17,303 nucleotides of DNA from positions 1-17,303 of the forward strand of contig CBDURU010000080.1 of assembly GCA_965369865.1 (NCBI GenBank), in the 5' to 3' direction. Under the pieces are notes generated by a model, which had not been told where the DNA came from, did not search any database, and saw only the letters and a list, made by a program, of their open reading frames with translations. The position numbers were made by a program, and so were the translations under genes. Source of the DNA: an uncultured bacterium. GTDB lineage: Bacteria > JAJVIF01 > JAPKYR01. Shown here in pieces: positions 1 to 9,214 of this stretch. Position 1 is the first letter of the stretch, and each line of letters begins with the position of its first letter.

Positions 1-180
1 TTTTACATAGGGATCATTGATATACCATCCCCCCACAGGGGGGATTATAGGGGGGATGTCCAAGCCTTTTTAACGCTCCGGAACACTTATAATAAACCAT
101 CCCCCCGCAAGCGGTGGGGAGGTATTTTTACATAGGGATCATTGATATACCATCCCCCCACAGGGGGGATTATAGGGGGG
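1..180. repeat. Direct repeat of at least 55 bp (copies 1-55 and 126-180, period 125) containing a C6/G6 hairpin
   Basis: ttttacatagggatcattgatataccatccccccacaggggggattatagggggg occurs twice. The internal stem is atcccccc-aca-ggggggat. A related hairpin (ccatccccccgcaagcggtgggga) lies between the copies. The first copy may be cut off by the window edge. Confidence 0.9.
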
Positions 181-215
181 GGGAGGTCCAGGGCTTTATC
201 GTGCTTCAGTGAAAC

Positions 216-1568
216 CTACCTCTTCTCGATATCTGGGAATTTCAGGAAAATCAACAATCCGATAACCACAAAAAATGCCGCGACCGGACCTATCATCCGT
301 ACTCCCATCTCCCCGACCGCATGTGTTCCCTCTTCGGTAACGATCGCGCCAATCGGCAACAATGTGGCCAGCAACGCTTTCGATAATCCTATCCCGACCT
401 TATTCAGCAATGCCTGGCTCGCGAAATACAGACCTTCCCTTCGCTCACCCGTCTGCTCCCGGTCGAGATCGATTATATCCGCTAGAAGGCTGTTGGGTAT
501 TACAAACAGTAATGATAGTGGGAGTCCGAGCAGTCCAAACAGGATGTAACCGAAAATGGGATTCGCCAGTGGGCCTTTACCGATCAGCCCCACTAAAGGC
601 AGGAGTATTGCGAAAAGTATCGACATAACTATCATCGATCTCCGTTTTCCGATTGTCCGTCCAAGCCAGTATGATCCAATTCCCGCGACCGCCGCGACCC
701 CTAAAGCCGTTCCAAGTATGATTATGTACACCCCATCATCCTTGAAAAGATAAACCGCAACATACTTGGCCGACGTTTCAACCATTTTAAAACCAAACCA
801 GAACGCGACTGTCGAGATCAGGTAAATTCTGAATGGGGCAAATGAAAGGGCCGATTTTATTTGTGAGAATGTGGATGGGCGAACCGGGATTTCTTCCAGT
901 GATGCCTCATCCGGTATTTTTACAAATGCGGCAACAAGCAGGAATGGTATTGTTGCGATAGCCCCGATTAACAGGGCGCCATGCTGGAATGAAAGCGTAC
1001 CGGGAATAAACTGGATTACCACAACACCGGCGAAAGTCCCCAATATCAGGAATACCGCTTGCAGCGTAGTGACTAGAAGCCGGTCGGGCGATGTCTTCGT
1101 AATTTCAGGAAGCATCGCGAGGTATGGCGTTATCGCTATTGTAAAGAACAGGAAAAACAAGGGGTAAATTACGGCAAGGTAAAAAAAGTTCGCTATTGAT
1201 GGCTCTGCGGACGGAGGGATCGTAAACAGAAAAAGGAACACCCCCATAAGTGGCGCGCCGATCACCAGGAAGGATTTCCGCCGCCCGAATCTCGATCTGA
1301 AATGATCTGAGATATTCCCGATCCATGGATCGACAACACCGTCGATAATCCTGCCGAAAGCGTTAAGCATGCCAAACGTGATGTTACCCAGTAAAATGGC
1401 GCCCAGGATTGTTATCGGGGCTATTAACGGTGCTCCCTCCACTGGAAGGTAATAAAGCATTGGAATCTGGCCTACCGAAAACCCGATCAACATAACGCCG
1501 AAATATCCCGACGCGTAAATTATCGCCTGGATCAATGGTAATCGATATTGTGCCCTCTGTTTGTCCAT
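216..1568 (-). CDS. MFS transporter, glycoside-pentoside-hexuronide (MelB/MFS_2-like) family
   Basis: 450 aa with about 12 hydrophobic segments. It carries motifs typical of GPH permeases: 'IIDGVVDPWIGNISDHFRSRFGRRK', 'PYLAMLPE' and 'LADIIDLD...GERREGLYF'. Confidence 0.9.
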   Translation of the reverse strand: MDKQRAQYRLPLIQAIIYASGYFGVMLIGFSVGQIPMLYYLPVEGAPLIAPITILGAILLGNITFGMLNAFGRIIDGVVDPWIGNISDHFRSRFGRRKSFLVIGAPLMGVFLFLFTIPPSAEPSIANFFYLAVIYPLFFLFFTIAITPYLAMLPEITKTSPDRLLVTTLQAVFLILGTFAGVVVIQFIPGTLSFQHGALLIGAIATIPFLLVAAFVKIPDEASLEEIPVRPSTFSQIKSALSFAPFRIYLISTVAFWFGFKMVETSAKYVAVYLFKDDGVYIIILGTALGVAAVAGIGSYWLGRTIGKRRSMIVMSILFAILLPLVGLIGKGPLANPIFGYILFGLLGLPLSLLFVIPNSLLADIIDLDREQTGERREGLYFASQALLNKVGIGLSKALLATLLPIGAIVTEEGTHAVGEMGVRMIGPVAAFFVVIGLLIFLKFPDIEKR

Positions 1569-1643
1569 AATTCAGAATCGGCGGTCAGGGAATAATAGCA
1601 CGATTTTATTTCATGCAGTTTACCCTTCCGATGTTTCTCAAAT

Positions 1644-1698
1644 GTGCCGTTAGCTTCCAGCTATCGGATAGCAAGTGCCGACCGCATCCTGCGGTTGG
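1644..1698 (+). repeat. Pair of 24-nt REP-like hairpins (GTG + 9-bp stem + TCC loop)
   Basis: gtg-ccgttagct-tcc-agctatcgg (1644-1667) and gtg-ccgaccgca-tcc-tgcggttgg (1675-1698) share length, start and loop but differ in stem sequence. Confidence 0.65.
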
Positions 1699-1761
1699 AT
1701 TTTTCATGTGATGATCGCTTCCAGGACAGCAGTGAAGCTATATATATGTTAAATTACCGCT

Positions 1762-2763
1762 GTGACAATCGAACATGATGAAAATGGGCTTCCGCTTAGC
1801 CTGATCGATATCCGCCCCATGGACGTGGGCGACATCCTGGACGGCACCATCCGGGTCTACCGTCGAAGGCCTTGGGTCTTCGTGACCATCCTGGCAATCA
1901 TAGTCGGCATCCCGATGCTGATCACGCAGACTTCGATAGAATACATAGTTTCCCTGCTCAAGGAAGCTGATGTATTAAACCCTGAAGGCCTGGCTAATTT
2001 ATTTGCTATCGTAACATCCAGTGCATACCTGACTTCCTCGGGATTTCTGTTATTCGGGGGGATCATATTGTTTTTCCTCGCACCGATCGCGCAGGCTGCC
2101 ATGGTCTATGCGGTCAGTGAGACAATTCTTGGAAGGGTGGTCGGTCTAAAACAAAGTATCAATGCAATCATGCCAAAAGCCTGGAAACTCATTCAGGCAT
2201 ACATGCTGTACTTCATAATCGCGCTGGGAGTTTTCTTAATCATTGGGGCACTGATATTCGCAATATCACCAAAGGACCCAAATGTAATGCCGGGTGTGGG
2301 CTTCATTTTAGGAATTTTCGGACTGGTTTTCCTCATTATGATAGCAATGGTATTCCTGACCGTTAAATTTATTTTCATCCCGCATGCGATGATTCTCGAC
2401 TATACCGGAGTGGTCGACAGTTTAAGGAGATCGTTTACATTGAGCAATGGGTACTGGTGGCGTACATTAGGGATTTACATGATCATCACTATGATTATTC
2501 TAATTATTCAATATTTTCTGAGCCTTGGTGTATACATTGTCGGCTGGGGTATCAACATGATACCCGGTGCCAGTACCTTTATAATAATTGCTGCCAGTGG
2601 CGTGATCATGACGATTATCAGCATAATTCTCAATCCGATATCTTTTATTGCATCCACACTGCTTTATTACGATCTTAGAATCAGAAAGGAAGGATTCGAC
2701 CTGATCCTCCTTGCGGAATCTATGGGAGAAACCGGCGGGGAAGAACGGACTACACATACATAA
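1762..2763 (+). CDS. Integral membrane protein of unknown function (paralog 1), loosely resembling GPDPase membrane-domain-like families
   Basis: 333 aa, GTG start, about 6 hydrophobic helices. N-terminal motif 'IRPMDVGDILDGTIRVYR' and C-terminal motif 'LLYYDLRIRKEGFDL'. Confidence 0.8.
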   Translation: MTIEHDENGLPLSLIDIRPMDVGDILDGTIRVYRRRPWVFVTILAIIVGIPMLITQTSIEYIVSLLKEADVLNPEGLANLFAIVTSSAYLTSSGFLLFGGIILFFLAPIAQAAMVYAVSETILGRVVGLKQSINAIMPKAWKLIQAYMLYFIIALGVFLIIGALIFAISPKDPNVMPGVGFILGIFGLVFLIMIAMVFLTVKFIFIPHAMILDYTGVVDSLRRSFTLSNGYWWRTLGIYMIITMIILIIQYFLSLGVYIVGWGINMIPGASTFIIIAASGVIMTIISIILNPISFIASTLLYYDLRIRKEGFDLILLAESMGETGGEERTTHT

Positions 2764-2788
2764 CTTTTCCCCGCTTGAAACCATCGCC

Positions 2789-3829
2789 ATGTACGACAAT
2801 GGACAATCCGACGACGCTCAGCCTGAAAGCCTGATCCACCTCCGCCCAATGGATCTCGGTGACATCCTCGACGGCACTATCCGGGTGTATCGCAAGAGGC
2901 CATGGTTATTCGTCAGCATTATCGCTGTCCTGGCCGGTATCCCCATGGCCATAATCCAGATTTCCGGGTTGCAGATATCCGAGTACATTGAAGGATCCGG
3001 TACGATGAATCCTGCTAACCCATTCGATCTGAACTTCCTGATTGATAATATGGTTCCCATGAGTTTGATACTTATCTGCATGGTTTTTAATTTCTTCCTC
3101 CATACAATTGCTACCGGGGCAACTGTTCACGCGGTTAGTGAAACTATCCTCGGACGGGATGTCCAATTCACCGAAAGCATCAGGGCTGTCTGGCCCTTTA
3201 CTGGTGATATTATTCTTGCGAGGATCATAGCCGGCGTTATTATCGCTCTTTCAATTATCCCTCTTTCAATTATCCCGGGTAGCATTTTAATCGGAGCTGC
3301 AACTGCACCTGGGGCAATTACGGGCTCATATCTGGCTGGAACCATAGTTATGATAATTGGGACCCTCTTACTATATGTTTTGATGGGATTTCTGGCGGTC
3401 AAGTTCCTGTTCATTCCTCAGGCTGTAGTGCTCGAAAAATTAGATGCTTTCAGATCAATTAGCCGGACCTGGACTCTGACCGGCGGCTTCGGCTGGAGGA
3501 CTTTCGGGATCGTCCTGATATTATTTATTATTCTGGGGATTATCGGATATGCGCTTGGCCTGGGAATTGAATTGCTGACCGGCCTGGTTGAGAAATCCCC
3601 TGTAGTTAACCACGGAATGGTCCTTGCATTCCAGGGTGTCCTCTTAACCCTCGTAAGTTTTTTCACATATCCAATACAGTTAATTGCCTACACCTTAATT
3701 TATTACGACCTGAGAATCCGAAAGGAAGGATTCGACCTCATGCACCTGGCGAGATCGATAGACGGCGGATATTTTGAACCCGCCGAACAATCCGACGATG
3801 GTTCCTTCCAATCCCAAATCACCCCGTAG
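2789..3829 (+). CDS. Integral membrane protein of unknown function (paralog 2)
   Basis: Shares the motifs 'LRPMDLGDILDGTIRVYR' and 'LIYYDLRIRKEGFDL' with the upstream gene. ATG at 2789 is preferred over 2711, which would overlap the upstream gene. Confidence 0.8.
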   Translation: MYDNGQSDDAQPESLIHLRPMDLGDILDGTIRVYRKRPWLFVSIIAVLAGIPMAIIQISGLQISEYIEGSGTMNPANPFDLNFLIDNMVPMSLILICMVFNFFLHTIATGATVHAVSETILGRDVQFTESIRAVWPFTGDIILARIIAGVIIALSIIPLSIIPGSILIGAATAPGAITGSYLAGTIVMIIGTLLLYVLMGFLAVKFLFIPQAVVLEKLDAFRSISRTWTLTGGFGWRTFGIVLILFIILGIIGYALGLGIELLTGLVEKSPVVNHGMVLAFQGVLLTLVSFFTYPIQLIAYTLIYYDLRIRKEGFDLMHLARSIDGGYFEPAEQSDDGSFQSQITP

Positions 3830-3933
3830 AACAGCACGGCAGTGCGTCCACCTACCAACCCCAAACCACCCCGTAGAACAGCACGGCAGTGCGTCCACCT
3901 ACCAACCCCAAACCACCCCGTGCTGTTCTACGG
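3804..3933. repeat. 47-bp tandem repeat with GTAG-led arms and a terminal inverted arm (REP doublet/REPIN-like)
   Basis: accccgtagaacagcacggcagtgcgtccacctaccaaccccaaacc starts at 3821 and 3868. The arm ccgtagaacagcacgg (3824-3839, 3871-3886) has its exact reverse complement at 3918-3933. Confidence 0.9.
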
Positions 3934-4018
3934 TTTTTTCATTTCCCACTTTAATCATAATCATCCGGAAACTTATAATTCAATCCGCAGTGGCCAAAAA
4001 TGGTTAATACTTGGTATA
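3918..4018 (+). repeat. 101-bp dispersed repeat, copy A
   Basis: Aligns without gaps to the reverse complement of 16104-16204, with 88/101 identities by manual count. Confidence 0.9.
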
Positions 4019-4114
4019 ATTGACCGCATTCTGCCACACAGTGGATTAACAGACACGAATAAGCAGCCAGCCCGGCTGCTTTTATTTATTCCAAAAGCTA
4101 ATATTATTCACAGT

Positions 4115-4678
4115 CTAAAGGTGTTCCTGAACTGTATTAATAAGGTCCTTCTTGCGAAATGGCTTGGTGATATAATCCTTCGCTCCCACACTTAACGCTC
4201 TATCGATTGATGTCTGGTCGGTTTTGCTCGAGATAAACAAAACCGGTACATCTTTTGTCTCCTCTTTTGACATGAGATTAATCAGGACGCTTAACCCGTC
4301 CATCTCGGGCATCATCCAGTCAAGCAGCACGAGGTCTATATCGGACGTCTCTATGATCTCGAGGCCATCAACTCCGTTTGTTGCGGTAATCACATTGCAA
4401 ATTGACCGTAACATCTTCCGGAGCAGTTCCAGGGTGAAAGGGTCGTCATCGATCACGAGCACCTTTTTAACTTGAACGTCCGACGATACTTTATCCCCTG
4501 CTTCCTGCAGGATACCATTATGCTCGTCGCCAGTGTTATCCAGGTTAAAAGATGTACCCAAGACTCTGGGCAAGTCTAATACAAGTAAAAAAAGCATCCC
4601 ATCGGGAAGGGGTTTTAAAGGTATACTTATTTCACACATATCGTCATTTCCTCCACGCTCTATTTGGAAGGTCATCAA
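4115..4678 (-). CDS. Single-domain response regulator (CheY-like receiver); start uncertain and probably downstream of 4678
   Basis: 'KKVLVIDDD' acidic pocket, 'LVLLDWMMPEMDG' phospho-acceptor Asp, 'PVLFISS' and 'GAKDYITKPF' conserved Lys. No output domain. Confidence 0.88.
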   Translation of the reverse strand: MMTFQIERGGNDDMCEISIPLKPLPDGMLFLLVLDLPRVLGTSFNLDNTGDEHNGILQEAGDKVSSDVQVKKVLVIDDDPFTLELLRKMLRSICNVITATNGVDGLEIIETSDIDLVLLDWMMPEMDGLSVLINLMSKEETKDVPVLFISSKTDQTSIDRALSVGAKDYITKPFRKKDLINTVQEHL

Positions 4679-4973
4679 AGTCTTTTATATAGATGTAAGT
4701 AATAACCAAGGCTTGATTCTCCTAATCTACATCTGAAGAAGTCGGCACTTCAACATTCATTTCAATGGGTAATTCAATTGACAGAATTAGATACTGATCC
4801 CGGCACGAATGAAAAATGTATTGCTTTAGATATTACTATTACAGCAATAAAACTTGACCTGAAAATAAATCCTTTCCCCCCGGAGGAGTTGTGTGAAAGT
4901 TGTTAAAAATAATTTAACAGGATTACAATACCAATGTACCCTGAAATATTATAAAAATCAATTTAACTTTAAA

Positions 4974-6152
4974 CTATTTAACCCGGTCCCTGATGAACAC
5001 CCACGATCTTCCGAAAATTTTCGTGTCGAGAAAGAGATACACTGTGAAAAATACCATCCACCATCCCATGATCACCTGCAATTGACTGTCCTGAATAGCA
5101 TCGACCAGTGAGAAAAAGACAGCCAGCAATGCCCCGATCCATGCCCCTAATACAGCCTGCCTGTGGACCAGATGATGCACGATATAAGGCGACCTTGCGC
5201 TCATTGCACTCGTACCGATTCCCCATAACCCGAAGGCTATCGCGCCAAGTAACGGACCGGTTTCAATAACTAATAATACTGATTTAATATTTCCAGGAAA
5301 CCAGAACCCGGTCGTCACCCGCGAAGCTATGAGCGCCAGCAGGAAACCGAATATAAAAATCCTGGCCGTTAGAAACGCGAGGACCACAATTCCACCTGGA
5401 TACGAGGTCAGGATCCATCCGACTACCCCTCCTGCGATCGCGAGAAGAATTGTCCCGATCATGGAACCGTTAAGCATGCCGTACAACATACCCGCCAGTG
5501 CAAGTGAGATAGTGCCGATCCACCGCCAGACAGGATCGTTGATCCGGATCCCGGGCATACCATGCTTACCGCTGACATTGATCGGCACTCCGGCCTGCAT
5601 GAAAATAACCTCTATTTCATCTATCAGGTGTTCGATATTCTCAGCCGACGTATGCTCGCTTCGCTTCCTTGCGCTCCTTGTCATCTCCTCGTAAATCCAG
5701 CCTGGAGAAGATGGCCCAGGTTCGCGATGGGGTGGTTCCCGCCTGGAAAATACCGTTCCCGGGGACTGGTATCGCGGCCTTGCCTTAGCCCACCTGACAA
5801 GAGGTATCGCGTAATACACCGAGTTATAGATTTTTCTTTTCTCCGGGTCCCCTAGAAGTTCCTTGGCCTGCACTATCTCCCGGAGTTTTTCAGTAGCGTT
5901 TGGATCGTCAGGATTTCGGTCCGGGTGGTGTTCGAGGATTTTCGCCCGGATTGCCTTACCGAGGTCGACATCGGGCGCATCCGGGCTGACCCCGAGCATC
6001 TCGTAATAATCGGTGAACGTGAGATGTGCCGCCTGGCGTCCTTCCAGCTTGAACCTGGTATCGCACGACGGGCACCGCACCGGTTCATATGGCGACGGTT
6101 CTGGAAATTCAAGGAGTGTCCTGCATACGGGACATTGTGCTGGAAATGACAT
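4974..6152 (-). CDS. Zinc-ribbon + DnaJ (J-domain) membrane protein
   Basis: N-terminal CPVC...CPSC. J-domain 'DYYEMLGV...HHPDRNPDDPNATEKLREIVQAKELLGDPEKRKIY' with intact HPD. The C-terminal half has about 6 Gly-rich hydrophobic helices. Confidence 0.85.
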   Translation of the reverse strand: MSFPAQCPVCRTLLEFPEPSPYEPVRCPSCDTRFKLEGRQAAHLTFTDYYEMLGVSPDAPDVDLGKAIRAKILEHHPDRNPDDPNATEKLREIVQAKELLGDPEKRKIYNSVYYAIPLVRWAKARPRYQSPGTVFSRREPPHREPGPSSPGWIYEEMTRSARKRSEHTSAENIEHLIDEIEVIFMQAGVPINVSGKHGMPGIRINDPVWRWIGTISLALAGMLYGMLNGSMIGTILLAIAGGVVGWILTSYPGGIVVLAFLTARIFIFGFLLALIASRVTTGFWFPGNIKSVLLVIETGPLLGAIAFGLWGIGTSAMSARSPYIVHHLVHRQAVLGAWIGALLAVFFSLVDAIQDSQLQVIMGWWMVFFTVYLFLDTKIFGRSWVFIRDRVK

Positions 6153-6219
6153 TAGTTATTCATGCACCGGTAAATTCAACCCGATGGCATCCACTAACAA
6201 TTTACTATCACCATCTTGA

Positions 6220-6250
6220 TAAAATCAACCCTCCCGGATATCAGGAGGGT
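6220..6250 (-). terminator. Probable intrinsic terminator of clpC
   Basis: On the minus strand, the stem accctcctg/cgggagggt (9 bp with one G-U) is followed by tgatttta, about 40 nt after the clpC stop. Confidence 0.5.
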
Positions 6251-6288
6251 ATCGTTTTCGTTTACTCATAGGTTTTATCCGGATTATT

Positions 6289-8799
6289 TTATTCCGGATC
6301 GTCAACTTTTTCTGGTAAAGCCCTGGTGATACTTTCCGCAAGCATTTCACTGCCGCCGATGTTGTTGAATACGATTTTCTCGTCGTCACCTTCGCCTTCG
6401 ATAGTCACCAGTACAGTATCGCCCGGCTTGTATTCCGCTCTCAGAAGCTGCTCCGACAGTGGATCCTCGATCTCCTTCTGGATCACACGCCTTAAAGGCC
6501 GGGCACCCTGGGCTTTTGAGAACCCCTTCCTGGCAAGATACCTCTTTAGCTCCTCGGTATACTCAACAGTCAGTTCATGGGCTTGCGCCGATTCGGCCAC
6601 CCGTTCGAGGAATTTCTGCGCGATCTCGATAATATCTTCCTCTTCCAGTGCCCTGAATAAAATAATCTCATCCAGCCTGTTGAGGAATTCCGGACGGAAC
6701 GCGCGTCTTAACGCCTCCTGCACCTTGGGTCCCATCCGCTTGTATATCTGGTCGGTTGATAGATCGTCGATCGATTTTGTCCTGAAACCCAAAGGCTCAT
6801 CCAATCCGATCGAGTCCGTTCCCAGGTTCGAAGTCAGGATGATTATGCAGTTCTTCAGATCGACATGGCGTCCGTGAGAATCGGTAACGACTCCGTCCTC
6901 CATAATCTGCAGTAGAATATTGAAAACTTCGTAATGCGCTTTCTCGATCTCGTCCATCAGGATGATCGAGTACGGACGCCGTTTTACCGCTTCCGTCAAC
7001 TGCCCGCCTTCATCGAAACCGACATATCCGGGGGGGGCGCCAACCAGTCTCGATACAGAATGGCGTTCCATGTACTCGGACATATCGAACCTGATCAACG
7101 CTTTTTCATCCCCGAACAGAAACTCGGCCAACGCCTTGGCCAGCTCGGTTTTCCCCACACCCGTCGGACCTGTAAACAGGAACGCGCCTGTCGGACGTTT
7201 CGGGTCCTTTAACCCTACCCGGGCACGCCGTAAAGCGCGGGCGAGAACCTCGATTGCCTTTGACTGCCCCTTGATCCTTCTCGCAAGAATTTCTTCGGTC
7301 CTGAGAAGTTTCTTTGTCTCTTCCTCCGCGATCGCAGATACCGGAATTCCGGTCCAGGCGTGTACAACCTGGGCGATGTCCTCTTCGGTAACCTTCGCGC
7401 GGACCTTCCGGGAACTGGATTCCACCGGCTCCCTGGCTGGACCCTCATCAGTCCTGAAGTGATGGGCTTCATCGTCCTCATGAAGACCTTCCTCAGGTAC
7501 TTCAACACGGGTCGGAACCTCGACAACACTCTCAGTGGTTACTCCAGCACCAACCGGGGCTTTTGCCGCCTCTCGCTCGATCTCTTCAAGGTTATCAAAG
7601 ACCGCTACCTTGCTGCACGCTTCATCAAGAAGGTCGATCGCCTTGTCCGGAAGCGACCGGCTGGTTATGAATCTCTGCGAATAATGTGCCGCGGCACGAA
7701 TGGACTCCTGGGTAATTTCAACACCATGATGCTCTTCGTACCGCGATTTCAAACCGTTCAGGATATCTATCGCTTCATCTACGGTCGGTTCAGAAACATT
7801 AACCGGCTGGAACCGTCGCTCAAGCGCACCGTTTCTCTCGATATATTTCTTGTACTCGTTATTTGTTGTCGCACCGATACATCTCAGCTCTCCACGGGAA
7901 AGCGCTGGTTTCAGGATATTCGATGCATCTATTGCACCCTCGGCCGCCCCGGCTCCGATTACCGTATGAAGCTCATCTATGAACAGAATAATAGGCTCTT
8001 CCTGGTCTGCCGACGTAATTTCCTTCATTACACGCTTAAGCCTGTCTTCAAATTCTCCGCGGAACTTGGTTCCCGCGACCAGCCCGGCAAGATCGAGCGA
8101 TACCATACGCGCTTTTTTCAACGTCCCGGGCACCTGGTCGTTGATTATCAACTGCGCGAGCCCCTCCACAATCGCTGTCTTACCGACGCCCGGTTCTCCG
8201 ATCAATACCGGGTTGTTCTTGGTTCTCTTCGAGAGTATCTGGATCAGCCGCTTGATCTCCATCGTACGGCCGACCACAGGGTCGAGTTTGCCGTCGCGCG
8301 CCAGGATATTCAGGTCGATCCCGAATTCATCCAAAGTCGGGGTCTTGCTCCGGGCTTTCTTCGCCGGCGGCTGCTGGATCATCCCAATAATAATTTTCTT
8401 CGCCGACTGGTAGGTTACTTGATGTTGATTCAGGATCTCGTTGGCTTTCGATTCGGTTACCCTCAGAAGCCCGAGCAGCAGATGTTCCGAGCCGATAAAG
8501 GTATGCCGCAACTGGCGGGCTTCCTTGTAGGCAAGTTCGAGAACCTCCTTCGACTGCTTTGAGAAGTTCAGGTTTTCGAAATCGTAATTGCCTATCGGGA
8601 TCTCCTGGATCACCGCCGACCGCACTTTCTCGATATTGACCTCCATCTGCACAAGCGCTTTCACCGCGAAGGAGTTTTCATCCTTCAGGAGCCCCAGCAG
8701 GAGGTGCTCGGTATCAACCACGTCGTTCCGGAAATGTTTCGCTTCTTCGTGTGCGTACTTGATGACGCGTTTCGATGATGATGTGAATTTTTCCCACAT
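6289..8799 (-). CDS. clpC: ATP-dependent Clp protease ATP-binding subunit, ClpC-type
   Basis: Double Clp-N repeats ([18 protein letters not shown]). NBD1 has [14 protein letters not shown] and pore loop [12 protein letters not shown]2 has [16 protein letters not shown] and MDEIEKAH. The LGF ClpP-docking loop is present. ATG at 8799 (MWEKFT) follows an AAGGAG RBS. Confidence 0.95.
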   Translation of the reverse strand: MWEKFTSSSKRVIKYAHEEAKHFRNDVVDTEHLLLGLLKDENSFAVKALVQMEVNIEKVRSAVIQEIPIGNYDFENLNFSKQSKEVLELAYKEARQLRHTFIGSEHLLLGLLRVTESKANEILNQHQVTYQSAKKIIIGMIQQPPAKKARSKTPTLDEFGIDLNILARDGKLDPVVGRTMEIKRLIQILSKRTKNNPVLIGEPGVGKTAIVEGLAQLIINDQVPGTLKKARMVSLDLAGLVAGTKFRGEFEDRLKRVMKEITSADQEEPIILFIDELHTVIGAGAAEGAIDASNILKPALSRGELRCIGATTNNEYKKYIERNGALERRFQPVNVSEPTVDEAIDILNGLKSRYEEHHGVEITQESIRAAAHYSQRFITSRSLPDKAIDLLDEACSKVAVFDNLEEIEREAAKAPVGAGVTTESVVEVPTRVEVPEEGLHEDDEAHHFRTDEGPAREPVESSSRKVRAKVTEEDIAQVVHAWTGIPVSAIAEEETKKLLRTEEILARRIKGQSKAIEVLARALRRARVGLKDPKRPTGAFLFTGPTGVGKTELAKALAEFLFGDEKALIRFDMSEYMERHSVSRLVGAPPGYVGFDEGGQLTEAVKRRPYSIILMDEIEKAHYEVFNILLQIMEDGVVTDSHGRHVDLKNCIIILTSNLGTDSIGLDEPLGFRTKSIDDLSTDQIYKRMGPKVQEALRRAFRPEFLNRLDEIILFRALEEEDIIEIAQKFLERVAESAQAHELTVEYTEELKRYLARKGFSKAQGARPLRRVIQKEIEDPLSEQLLRAEYKPGDTVLVTIEGEGDDEKIVFNNIGGSEMLAESITRALPEKVDDPE

Positions 8800-9106
8800 G
8801 ATTAAGCTCCTTGCCATTCCACCCGTGGCGAGAGCTGGAATTCTTCTATCTTAATCTTACTACCCATATTACTAAAGGTACAACATGTTAAACGGATTCC
8901 GTGCGGTTTTTATCAGTGATACCACCGCGATGGCAGCTAAAATTAGGGACACGGAAACACGCTTGCGGGTTTAAAACCGCTTAAATTAATATCGTATCCC
9001 GGATGCTGTTATTACATTACTCTAAGCTGTAATACATTAGTCGAATTATAGATAAAGGGGAATCTGCCTCTTTTGTAGATTCTTAACCGACATTAAACTT
9101 ATACCA

Positions 9107-9203
9107 CAGTCCCGTAGCCCGGCATCGCGACCTCCATGCTCAACCAGTCATCCCGAATCGGTCCGGAGTCCGCCGCGGCGGACCGGGATCCATAAATAAT
9201 TTC
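9107..9203. repeat. Left ~97-bp inverted repeat flanking RAYT
   Basis: Roughly 90% identical to the reverse complement of 9774-9871. It starts cagtcccGTAG and contains the perfect palindrome gtccgccgcggcggac (9168-9183). Confidence 0.92.
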
Positions 9204-9214
9204 TGCCCACCCTC

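Noticed and set aside
3821..3921. Possible CRISPR array
   Set aside because: The units are identical head-to-tail duplicates with no unique spacers.
3774..4195. ORFs 3774-4007 and 3842-4195 (and similarly 13881-14066) with repeated peptides
   Set aside because: They are translations of non-coding DNA repeats and show no convincing RBS.
7360..8562. 400-aa plus-strand ORF
   Set aside because: It is antisense to clpC NBD1. Long antisense frames are common opposite conserved chaperone genes, and it has no recognisable motifs.
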